Part shown: one piece after another, positions 10,376-19,028 of the stretch
Position numbering within the stretch: position 1 is the stretch's first letter
Layout: each line of letters starts with the position of its first letter
Assembly: GCA_949288725.1 (NCBI GenBank)
Contig: CASELF010000027.1
Coordinates: 89,487-153,486 of the forward strand
DNA length: 64,000 nt
Reading direction: 5' to 3'
Source of the DNA: an uncultured bacterium
Lineage (GTDB): Bacteria > Cyanobacteriota > Vampirovibrionia > Gastranaerophilales > Gastranaerophilaceae
Notes under the pieces: generated by a model
What the model was told of the DNA's origin: nothing
What the model saw: the letters and a program-made list of their open reading frames with translations, nothing else
Databases searched by the model: none
Program-made: the position numbers and the translations under genes

Positions 10376-11425
10376 TTATTTAGCAAGTTGTTTATACAAA
10401 TCAATTTCTCTTTGTGAAAGTTTTTCAGGTAAAACTATTTTGATACGAGCATTGAGATTGCCATATCCACCTGATTTTTTAGGTAAGCCTAAGTTTTTAA
10501 GTCTTAACATTTTTCCTGAAGAGGTCATTTTAGGAATTTTTATTCCTATTGTACCGTGTAGTGTTTTTATTTCCTTTTGACAACCTAAAACAGCTTCCGG
10601 AGGAGTTATTTCTACATCTTTTGTCAAATCGGAACCTGAAATTTGATATTCACTATCAACTGGTGTAATTATCAAATATAAATCGCCTTTTTGACCATAA
10701 GCATCGGTTTTTCCTTCACCTTTAAGACGGATTTTTTGACCTGGTTTAACTTCTTTTGGAAGTTTAACTTTAAGAGATTTTGTTTCATTGATAATACCTG
10801 TGCCGCCGCAAGCAGAACAATAACCGCCACCGCCAGGACATTGAGTACATTTTCTCATGTCATTAAATTTCACGGTAATCGGGGAATCTGAAAACAAATC
10901 TTCTGCCGTTACATTTAGGGTTTTGGTTACATCCAAATCTTCTGATTTAGGTTTTTGGCGAGGAGTTCTCCCTGTGCTATATGTTCTTGTATAGCCTTGA
11001 GGCCCCATGCCTGAACCGAAATCAAATCCGGAAAAACCGCCTCTTGAATGTGTTGAAGCACCTGCCCCCATCATATCTCCGAACAATGAACTAAAGAAGT
11101 CGGAAAATCCGCCCATATCTTGCCCATTGAAGTTAAACGTTTGATAGTTGCCTCCTCCAAAGTTAAAGTTTTCAAATCCCGGAGGTGGAGTATAATCGGC
11201 ACCACTTTGCCAATTTGAACCAAGGCTATCATATCTTTGACGTTTTTGCTTATCGCCTAATACTTCATAGGCCTCATTTATTTCCTTGAACTTTTCTTCT
11301 GCTTCTTTTGTTTTATTTACATCAGGGTGATATTTTCTTGCCAGTTTTCTGAATGCAGATTTTATTTCTGCTTCAGTTGCATCCCGTTTTACTCCCAAAG
11401 TTTCATAATAATCTTTATATTTCAT
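10376..11425 (-). CDS. DnaJ/CbpA-family J-domain co-chaperone with a reduced zinc-finger region
   Basis: J domain with HPD (KDYYETLGV...KYHPDVNK), a G/F-rich linker, only [18 protein letters not shown] (two CxxC) instead of four CxxCxGxG repeats, and a DnaJ C-terminal beta-domain. SD AGGAG lies upstream. Confidence 0.85.
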   Translation of the reverse strand: MKYKDYYETLGVKRDATEAEIKSAFRKLARKYHPDVNKTKEAEEKFKEINEAYEVLGDKQKRQRYDSLGSNWQSGADYTPPPGFENFNFGGGNYQTFNFNGQDMGGFSDFFSSLFGDMMGAGASTHSRGGFSGFDFGSGMGPQGYTRTYSTGRTPRQKPKSEDLDVTKTLNVTAEDLFSDSPITVKFNDMRKCTQCPGGGGYCSACGGTGIINETKSLKVKLPKEVKPGQKIRLKGEGKTDAYGQKGDLYLIITPVDSEYQISGSDLTKDVEITPPEAVLGCQKEIKTLHGTIGIKIPKMTSSGKMLRLKNLGLPKKSGGYGNLNARIKIVLPEKLSQREIDLYKQLAK

Positions 11426-11505
11426 AGTAGTATCTCCTACTTTTATAATAATATAAAACTTTGAAATTGTTCGAAAATTTAATTATTTTTTAATGAATAT
11501 AAAAA

Positions 11506-11913
11506 TTATTTTTCTTGTAAATTTTCACTCATTTCAGAAAGATTATTTTTAATAATATTATTGATATCCTTCTTGTTCAAAAACTCCAAAATTTCTTCTT
11601 TATTACCAGCCGCAAGAGTTCTTGATGTTTGAATTCTCATTTTTGGATGCAACATATTTAATGATAAGAAATGTCTGCCTGCATCATCAGGTGTTTGTTC
11701 TACGGAAAGACTATAAGCTTTACAAAACAATTGTTCTGAGTCATTTCTTACACTTTCATCGACAGGTCTATAGTATTGAGTATCTGAAACATAATTCTGG
11801 GTATTAGTCTTTATATTTTTAACTAAGTTTGTAATTGATTCATTAATGTCCACTTTTGGTTTTTCCTGTGTTCTAATTACTTCCATATATTTATTTCTGT
11901 ATAATTTTATCAT
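11506..11913 (-). CDS. Hypothetical protein (135 aa), downstream partner of the RelA/SpoT-like gene
   Basis: ORF with SD GAGGT 5 nt upstream of the ATG, 22 nt after the stop of the preceding gene. No motif recognised. Confidence 0.55.
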   Translation of the reverse strand: MIKLYRNKYMEVIRTQEKPKVDINESITNLVKNIKTNTQNYVSDTQYYRPVDESVRNDSEQLFCKAYSLSVEQTPDDAGRHFLSLNMLHPKMRIQTSRTLAAGNKEEILEFLNKKDINNIIKNNLSEMSENLQEK

Positions 11914-11935
11914 AATTACCTCAATTAATCTATTA

Positions 11936-13357
11936 CTATGCTGCGATATTTATATGCGGGACAAAACCGACTTTTTTTGCTGCTTGTTCAGCATCATCTA
12001 TTGCGTGTAATCTTATCATATTATCTTCACTCAAAATCGGATTAAACTTGGTTGGAAGTTTTGGTTTTATTCCGTAAATTCCGAGTTCAAGATCTCTATA
12101 ATAATCATAACATGCACTCAGGTATTTATTATATTCTTTATATTCCTCAGCAGATAAGCCTTTTGCTGCGGCTTGATATTCATCATATACCGGACCTAAA
12201 GTGTTTTTATTACGTCTTGAATCATATGCAATATGTTCAACTTCACCAAACGGACCTTTTCCTCTGACTTGAATTTCTGCCAAAGAACCGTTTGAAAGTT
12301 CTACGTTAAATTGTGCTGTTGTATAACCTGATTCCTTCATTGCTTGTTCTTCCAGAGGGGTTAAGGATTTGCTAAATCTTTTTGCCTCAGAACAAGTAAC
12401 AATATCAAATTTATTACCTGTTACCAACTGCATTTCTCTAAATTGTGCAATCTGCCTGTCCGTAAAATACGGAATGCCTTGATGCCCTGTATAGTTTTCA
12501 AGTTCCGTTATTTTCATTGGCTTAATTTTATCATAATTGGTTTTTAATGCTTTTATTATATCAGCGTTAACACCACTTTTTTCTATTTGTGCAATAGTTG
12601 TAGCGCCGCTTTCAATACCATGTTTCAATGATGAAAGCATAACCTGATTAAATACTGGTGCAGATTGTTTTTCTGCAAGAGCAAGTTTTACAGGACGTGA
12701 ATATTTTTGCGCAATTTGCATCTCTGCCTTAGTTAATGGTTCTTGCTTAAAGAATTTCATGATAATATTTTGTTCTTCCGCGGTTAATGCCTTATTGTTA
12801 ATTTTTATTGTTTTTAAAGTATCTACAATATCATTCTGAGTAAGATTTTTCATTGTGACTCTACCGCCTATTGCATCTTTTATAAGTTTGCTTGCAGAAG
12901 AATCGGATCTGATTACAATTCCTTTATCAATAACTTTCTTTTTCAATTTTGAATAAACTGAATTTGCACCCTTTGCTCGTACCGAAATATCTTGCCCTGC
13001 AAAGATACCTTCAATTTCTTTTTGTGCAACAGGTAATGCATCTTCATAACCTTTTGAAAGTCTTATTGATACGTTACCTAATTCATCATCAACAACTTCG
13101 TCAAGTTTGCCTGTTAAATTATTTTTTCTAATACGCATTACAGGTCTTGAACCGTTTATTGTTGAAGGTGATACAGGCATTGAAATATCCGGCTTTACAT
13201 TATACTTAACCCTTACTTTGCTAAAATCAATCATATTCTTGGCATCTGCGATTGGAATATATTTACCGTCAATTTTAACCTTTAATTTTGGTCTACACAT
13301 AAATGCACTTTTCAGCGGCTTTGCTGCATACGACAATGTTTTTGATAAAAATCCCAT
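11936..13357 (-). CDS. Divergent RelA/SpoT-domain (RSH synthetase-fold) nucleotidyltransferase with a large insertion
   Basis: Four ordered blocks match small alarmone synthetases. VRAKGANSVYSKLKKK (aa 126-141) compares with GRVKxxxSIxEKxxRK. DAIGGRV (161-167) compares with DIAGLRI. ESGYTTAQF (342-350) compares with ESGYRSYHL. AEIQVRG..EVEH (360-375) compares with VEIQIRT..WAxxEH. SD AGGAG lies upstream of the ATG at 13357. Confidence 0.6.
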   Translation of the reverse strand: MGFLSKTLSYAAKPLKSAFMCRPKLKVKIDGKYIPIADAKNMIDFSKVRVKYNVKPDISMPVSPSTINGSRPVMRIRKNNLTGKLDEVVDDELGNVSIRLSKGYEDALPVAQKEIEGIFAGQDISVRAKGANSVYSKLKKKVIDKGIVIRSDSSASKLIKDAIGGRVTMKNLTQNDIVDTLKTIKINNKALTAEEQNIIMKFFKQEPLTKAEMQIAQKYSRPVKLALAEKQSAPVFNQVMLSSLKHGIESGATTIAQIEKSGVNADIIKALKTNYDKIKPMKITELENYTGHQGIPYFTDRQIAQFREMQLVTGNKFDIVTCSEAKRFSKSLTPLEEQAMKESGYTTAQFNVELSNGSLAEIQVRGKGPFGEVEHIAYDSRRNKNTLGPVYDEYQAAAKGLSAEEYKEYNKYLSACYDYYRDLELGIYGIKPKLPTKFNPILSEDNMIRLHAIDDAEQAAKKVGFVPHINIAA

Positions 13358-13481
13358 TCTATTTCTCCTATTAAAATATATCCCCTATATTTTTTATAAA
13401 AATTTTCCGATGCAAAAATTGACATAAAAAAAAGATATATTACGAAATGTAATATACCTTTTTTAATCTTTAACTACTTTA

Positions 13482-13709
13482 CTATTTTAAACTTACTCTA
13501 ACAGCAGGTCCTTTTTGTGAAATTTCTACTTTGTTTTCTCTTGCTAGCCAGCCTAAGCCTAAATCAGCGAAATTACCTTTTAAGTCCAATTCTTTTTTCA
13601 TTTTTGCAAATGTTGTTGTTCCGTTTTCGCTAAGATAATTGTAGATTTCTCCTGCTGAAAATCCGATTTGTTCTTCTAATGTTAATGCTGGTTTTCTTGT
13701 TGTTGCCAT
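13482..13709 (-). CDS. Small winged-helix protein (DUF2582-like)
   Basis: 75 aa. IGFSAGEIYNYLSENG...LGLGWLARENKV resembles the DUF2582 wHTH family signature (GWLARExK). Confidence 0.5.
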   Translation of the reverse strand: MATTRKPALTLEEQIGFSAGEIYNYLSENGTTTFAKMKKELDLKGNFADLGLGWLARENKVEISQKGPAVRVSLK

Positions 13710-13820
13710 AGTGATTTCTCCTTCTTAATAATTGTACGTACTACACCTTTTCGATACTTTGATACTACTGCATTTCTTCAAATTTTAAATCATATTTGAA
13801 TTGTAGATTTTAATATAATT

Positions 13821-16800
13821 ATGCTAAAATATAGTACAGAAGGAGTATTGAAATTGTTCATTGAAGGTAGCATCGCCTCTGATAAAACAGAATTTCTTAT
13901 TGATAAATTTGCTAACCTCTTAAATCATGGGGTTAATTCATCTGAAATTCTTGTTCTTGAGCAAAACTCCACTCTAAAACAACATTTCATAGATAAAACC
14001 CTTGAAAAATTAACAATCACTGGATTTGAAAAATTACAAGTTCATTCATTTTTTTCACTTGTATTTAATACTATTTCAGATAATTGGGCATTTTTGGAAG
14101 ATAGAAACATTTTTGACAATCCCGTAATTTTACCTAATCTTGCAGGATTAGAGGTTTCGCAATTTATACTAAAAGACATTTTAAAAGAAGTTAAATTTAA
14201 AGGTTACAATTCAAGATTATCACTGCTTCATCAAATTTTTAGAAGGTACTCGCTTATTATACAAAATAATTTATCCCAAGCGGAAGTTGATGAAAGAGCA
14301 AAAATTCTAAAAGAAGGGTTTTCTGATGATGCAAGTCTTGCCATAAAAAAATTACTCAAAAAAACGCTTGAACTTAGAGATTTTGACTACCTTAGACAGT
14401 GTCTTTTATTTAACTATATATACAAAAACACTGACTATTTCAAAAATATAAAATATTTAATTCTGGATGATGCAGATGAATGTACTCCAATTTGTTTGGA
14501 TTTTATTGCATATTTAGCAAAACAGTTAAAAGATTATTATATTGCAATTGATAAATTAGGTTCATCCAGATGCGGATATTTAAGTGCTGATAAAAACAAC
14601 TACCAAAAACTGAAAAACATTTTTGGAAACAATGTTATAACTGCAAAAGAGCCTATTGAAATATCACTAACAGCAAACGAATTATTCAAAAATGTCAATA
14701 ACGGAGAATCAAATATACTAAAAAACTTCTCCCATAAATCTTTTGCAAAACGTTCATCAATGATAGATGAAGTTACAAAAAAGATCACAGAACTTTTACA
14801 AAACAAGGTAAAACCATGTCAAATTTCAATAGTTTCACCGGTAATAGATGACATGCTGAAATTTTCACTAAAAGAAAACCTTAAAAAAAATATAAACCTT
14901 TTATACCTGTCAGGGAGCGAAAAACTAATCCAAAACAAACTTGTTCAAGCAACAATAACAATTCTCAAACTAAATACTGAACTAAAAAAAACACTAACTG
15001 CCTCAGATATAAAAATAATTCTATCTGAGATTTTGCAAATTCCAATAAAATATTGCGAAAAAATCTTTGAATATTTTGATGATAATAAACAACTTCCAAA
15101 ACACGAGTTTGAAGATGAAGAATACAACAACCGATACAAAAATCTTCTGGAAGTCCTAAACTTAATCTCCGAAACAGAATTTAAAATTTCCGAACTTGTC
15201 ATAATGATTTATAACGAAGTTCTATCGCAACGAAATTATACAAAAGAAGAATTAAACAAATTTAATTTCTTCATAAAACAACTGACAGATTTTGAAAATG
15301 TATTTGGCAAAGAATTTAACAGTCGAAAAGTTGATATTATTTTGCAAATAGAAAATTCCATAATTGCAGAAAATCCATATTCTATATTGAACATAAACCC
15401 AAATGACATAATCGTTTCAACCCCGCAAAAAATAATAGACAACCACATAAAATCAAAATACCGTTTTTGGCTGGATATTTCAAACTCAGGTTGGATAAAA
15501 AGTGATACAGGGCCATTATATAATGCCTGGGTATTTCAAAAGGATTGGGATAAAAAAGAATACACGATAGAAGATAACATAAATCTTTCAACAGATAAAA
15601 ACGCAAGAGTATTAAGAAAACTCGCACTAGGTACAGAAGAAAAGAATTTTTGTTATTCAAGTTTGTTTGACTCAAACGGCGTTGAAAACTACGGCGGAAT
15701 TGAAAACTATATTGTTGTAAAAGAAGATAATGAACAAGAAGGAAATAATGAAAAACAATTCAAAATAACTCCAAGAGAAGATCAAAAACCTGTACTTGAT
15801 TATAGAAAAGGTTATATGGGAATTTCCGCCGTTCCGGGAGCCGGCAAAACAACAATATTGCTTGCTCTGATTATAAAACTTCTTGAATGCGGAACAAATC
15901 CTGAAAGAATATTTGTACTAACTTACATGGATTCAGCAGCCAGAAACTTCAGAGAACGAATAAAAAATGTTCGCAAAAATTCATCCAAATTACCAAACAT
16001 AAGTACAATCCACGGACTTGCATTAAGAATTTTAAAAGAAAACGGGAACTACGAACGCCTCGGATTATCAGGAGATTTTGAAATTTGCGACGACTCCCAA
16101 AGAAGCCGTATTTTAAGAGAAATTGCTACCAAATTACATCTTGAACAAAAAACTGCAGAAGAATTTGATAGAGGCGTTTCAGTATTCAAAATAGGCGGAG
16201 GTAAATTTACTCAAGTAATTACAGACAAACGCATAAAAAACTTTGAAATGTATTATAAACTATATCAAGACAGCCTAAAAGAATTTAACCTGATTGATTA
16301 TGATGATATGCTAACTGGTTCAGTAAGACTTCTAAAAGAAAATCCTGACATCCTAAGTTATTACCAAGGAATTTGTGAATACATAATAGAAGATGAAGCA
16401 CAAGATTCCTCAAAAGTTCAACAAGAACTAATAACACTGCTATCAGGGAAATTTAATAATGTCATAAGATGCGGAGATGTAAACCAATCAATTACTGCAA
16501 CTTTTTCTAACGCTGATGTAGAAGGGTTTAGAAAATTTATTACAGAAAACTACAACGTGAGCATGAATTGTTCTCAACGCTGTACAAAAGATGTTTGGGA
16601 ATTTGCAAACAAATTGGTCAAAAACACACTATCAAACCCGGAATCTAAAAACTCATTTTTTGAAATGTACATGCAACCTGTTTTAGGGAAAAACCCTGAA
16701 CCAACAGACAATACCGCATCTGTTATCGGTGAAATTTTCAAAACAGGACTTGATGAAAAAAACTTTGTTCTTAATACCATAAAATCAACCCTGACAAAAC

Positions 16801-17741
16801 ATCCTGACTATACAGTGGGAATACTTTTGAGAAACAATTATCAGGTTGCAGCATGGCAAAATTTGATAGAAAACAGCGGGCTAAAAGTAATCACAAGAAA
16901 CCAATGCCTTGAACAAAAATCCGTATTCAAAGTAGTTTTTGCGGTTATGAAAATGATACTAGAACCTTTTAATAATGAAGTTGTTGCAGGCTGCTATGAA
17001 ACATTGGCAGACGCCGGGTTTTATAGAAGGGGTTTGGATATAGAAATCAGGAAATATGATTCGCCATTTATCTGCATAAATTCAGACAATATTGACGATT
17101 TTGAACTTGAAAGATTTTATTGGGAATTGAACTATTTTGTCACATTATGCTACCTGACGCCTGATGAACTTGTACTAAAAATCGGTATGAATTACTTTAA
17201 AAGCGAAATTGAAAAATCAAATATCTATCTGATTTCAACCTTAACCAAAAGAATTTGCATAAAAAATAACTCACTTGAATATGCTCTAAACCGATTAACA
17301 GAATTGTCTAAAAAACCAAACCTTAGCGGATTTAAGTTTTTCTCAGAAGAAGATGAAGATGATAAAAAATATCTTGCCGGGAAAATTCAAATAATGACAA
17401 TGCACAAATCAAAAGGGGATGAATTTAACCTTGTATTCATGCCTGAAATGACAGAAAGAAATCTTCCACTATCAATAAACACAATCAATCTTAAATCCTC
17501 AGAATTTATAGAATCAATAAAAAACCTAAATCCAAACTATAAACCAAAATCACAATATGAACTGAAACAAGAAATCTTATCCGAAAACCTACGGCTTTTA
17601 TATGTAGCCATAACAAGAGCCAAAAACAAATTATACATAACAACGTCTTCATCAATAAAAAACAAATTTAATAAAGAACAAAAACAAGAAGCAAGTTGTA
17701 TTTTCAGAAATTTATTGGGGGTAATTGCAGACAATGAATAG
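13821..17741 (+). CDS. UvrD/AddA-type SF1 helicase fused to an N-terminal degenerate (AddB-like) helicase half
   Basis: The C-terminal half has all the SF1 motifs: I AVPGAGKTT, II IIEDEAQDSS, III CGDVNQSI, V/VI MTMHKSKGDEFNLVFM and LLYVAITRAKNKLYI. The N-terminal ~650 aa has degenerate equivalents (GSIASDKTE, LILDDADECTP). No nuclease motif is visible in this ORF. Confidence 0.8.
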   Translation: MLKYSTEGVLKLFIEGSIASDKTEFLIDKFANLLNHGVNSSEILVLEQNSTLKQHFIDKTLEKLTITGFEKLQVHSFFSLVFNTISDNWAFLEDRNIFDNPVILPNLAGLEVSQFILKDILKEVKFKGYNSRLSLLHQIFRRYSLIIQNNLSQAEVDERAKILKEGFSDDASLAIKKLLKKTLELRDFDYLRQCLLFNYIYKNTDYFKNIKYLILDDADECTPICLDFIAYLAKQLKDYYIAIDKLGSSRCGYLSADKNNYQKLKNIFGNNVITAKEPIEISLTANELFKNVNNGESNILKNFSHKSFAKRSSMIDEVTKKITELLQNKVKPCQISIVSPVIDDMLKFSLKENLKKNINLLYLSGSEKLIQNKLVQATITILKLNTELKKTLTASDIKIILSEILQIPIKYCEKIFEYFDDNKQLPKHEFEDEEYNNRYKNLLEVLNLISETEFKISELVIMIYNEVLSQRNYTKEELNKFNFFIKQLTDFENVFGKEFNSRKVDIILQIENSIIAENPYSILNINPNDIIVSTPQKIIDNHIKSKYRFWLDISNSGWIKSDTGPLYNAWVFQKDWDKKEYTIEDNINLSTDKNARVLRKLALGTEEKNFCYSSLFDSNGVENYGGIENYIVVKEDNEQEGNNEKQFKITPREDQKPVLDYRKGYMGISAVPGAGKTTILLALIIKLLECGTNPERIFVLTYMDSAARNFRERIKNVRKNSSKLPNISTIHGLALRILKENGNYERLGLSGDFEICDDSQRSRILREIATKLHLEQKTAEEFDRGVSVFKIGGGKFTQVITDKRIKNFEMYYKLYQDSLKEFNLIDYDDMLTGSVRLLKENPDILSYYQGICEYIIEDEAQDSSKVQQELITLLSGKFNNVIRCGDVNQSITATFSNADVEGFRKFITENYNVSMNCSQRCTKDVWEFANKLVKNTLSNPESKNSFFEMYMQPVLGKNPEPTDNTASVIGEIFKTGLDEKNFVLNTIKSTLTKHPDYTVGILLRNNYQVAAWQNLIENSGLKVITRNQCLEQKSVFKVVFAVMKMILEPFNNEVVAGCYETLADAGFYRRGLDIEIRKYDSPFICINSDNIDDFELERFYWELNYFVTLCYLTPDELVLKIGMNYFKSEIEKSNIYLISTLTKRICIKNNSLEYALNRLTELSKKPNLSGFKFFSEEDEDDKKYLAGKIQIMTMHKSKGDEFNLVFMPEMTERNLPLSINTINLKSSEFIESIKNLNPNYKPKSQYELKQEILSENLRLLYVAITRAKNKLYITTSSSIKNKFNKEQKQEASCIFRNLLGVIADNE

Positions 17742-18375
17742 TTTTTCACCAAATATGTTAAAAACCTATCAAACATGTCCCAAAAAGTTCTACTACAAAT
17801 TTATAGAACAAATAAATGTACCGACATCATTTCTAAAATTTGAACAAGGTAAAAAAATTCACGCCCTTGCAAACTACTACCTGCAAAAAATAAATATTTC
17901 AAGAATAGAAACAGCTCTAAATGAACACGAAACAGAATTATGGCATTCATTACTAAACAATCCGTTTTTTCAAAAAAACTGCTACAAATCAGAATACTCC
18001 CTAACTTGTAAAATAAATAATTACTGGGTAGGCGGAAGACTTGATGCTGTAGTAAAAGATGATGAAAAATATTACATCCTTGATTACAAAACAGGCTCAA
18101 TTCCTAAAAACCCCGAATACGACTACCAAACAATGATTTATCTGTTATGTCTTGAAGAAAATCTAAAAAATAATTTTCCAATCTCATTTGTATATATAGA
18201 TGTAAAAAACACCAAAAACTACGTTATCGAATACAACGAAAAATTAAAAAAAGAATATTCAAAACGGCTCACTAATATTTGTAATGAAATCACAAATGAC
18301 ACAATATACAAATGCAATCCTTCAAACTGCAAATTTTGTGAATATGCAAAACTTTGCCCTAAAACAGATGACTGA
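17734..18375 (+). CDS. PD-(D/E)XK nuclease with Fe-S cluster cysteines (Cas4/AddB-nuclease-like)
   Basis: It has an N-terminal Cys (YQTCPKKFYYKF), a RecB-type core (GRLDAVV...YYILDYKTG) and a C-terminal CxxCx5C (CKFCEYAKLC). The ATG at 17734 overlaps the helicase stop (ATGAATAG), with GGGGG 12 nt upstream. Confidence 0.75.
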   Translation: MNSFSPNMLKTYQTCPKKFYYKFIEQINVPTSFLKFEQGKKIHALANYYLQKINISRIETALNEHETELWHSLLNNPFFQKNCYKSEYSLTCKINNYWVGGRLDAVVKDDEKYYILDYKTGSIPKNPEYDYQTMIYLLCLEENLKNNFPISFVYIDVKNTKNYVIEYNEKLKKEYSKRLTNICNEITNDTIYKCNPSNCKFCEYAKLCPKTDD

Positions 18376-18387
18376 AACCTTTTTGAT

Positions 18388-19014
18388 TTATAAAGACAAA
18401 ATTCTCAACGCTTCTTTTAAAACATCTTCCGCAGGAGCCTCAGCACCTGTTGTTTGAAGAACTTTGCCAATAACACCGGAAACTTCATCCTTACTATACC
18501 CTAATGAATACAAAACTTGCAAAGCATCTTCCACATTTTGAGATAAACAATTTACTTGAACAATCTGACTGGAAGCAGAAACATTATCAACCTGCCCATA
18601 ATTAGTCAACTTATCTTTCAATTCAAGAATAATTTTTTGAGCCAACTTAGGACCAACACCCTTAGCCCTTGTAAGTTCTTTGAAATTCCCCTCTAAAACA
18701 AGTCCGACAAGTGTTGAAACATCGAAAGAATTTATAAGGGTTAAAGCCATTTTTAAGCCAACACCTGAAACAGATGTTAGAATATTAAAAATATCTCTAT
18801 CTTCACGCTTCAAAAATCCGCATAAAGACATTTTGTCTTCTTTATGATTTAAAACTGTATAAATCTTTATTTGCGAATTCACATCGGGCAATTTTGCAAA
18901 ATCTCTTCCTATAATTTCTATAAGATACCCGATGCCATAAGTTTCAACAGTAGCAAAATACCCTTTTTGATTAGCACTTGAACATGTTAAAACACCTTTT
19001 ATATAATCATACAT
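18388..19014 (-). CDS. ruvA: Holliday junction DNA helicase subunit RuvA
   Basis: 208 aa. MYDYIKG start, OB-fold, two HhH motifs (SVSGVGLKMAL, AKGVGPKLAQKI) and a C-terminal domain III. Confidence 0.9.
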   Translation of the reverse strand: MYDYIKGVLTCSSANQKGYFATVETYGIGYLIEIIGRDFAKLPDVNSQIKIYTVLNHKEDKMSLCGFLKREDRDIFNILTSVSGVGLKMALTLINSFDVSTLVGLVLEGNFKELTRAKGVGPKLAQKIILELKDKLTNYGQVDNVSASSQIVQVNCLSQNVEDALQVLYSLGYSKDEVSGVIGKVLQTTGAEAPAEDVLKEALRILSL

Positions 19015-19028
19015 AACAAACTAAACCT

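Noticed and set aside
13428-13465. An AT-rich hairpin (TATATTAC/GTAATATA) flanked by A- and T-runs after the 75-aa wHTH gene, considered as a terminator.
   Set aside because: The stem is entirely A/T with a mismatch, which is too weak to call confidently. It is therefore unclear whether the wHTH gene is co-transcribed with the RelA/SpoT-like gene.
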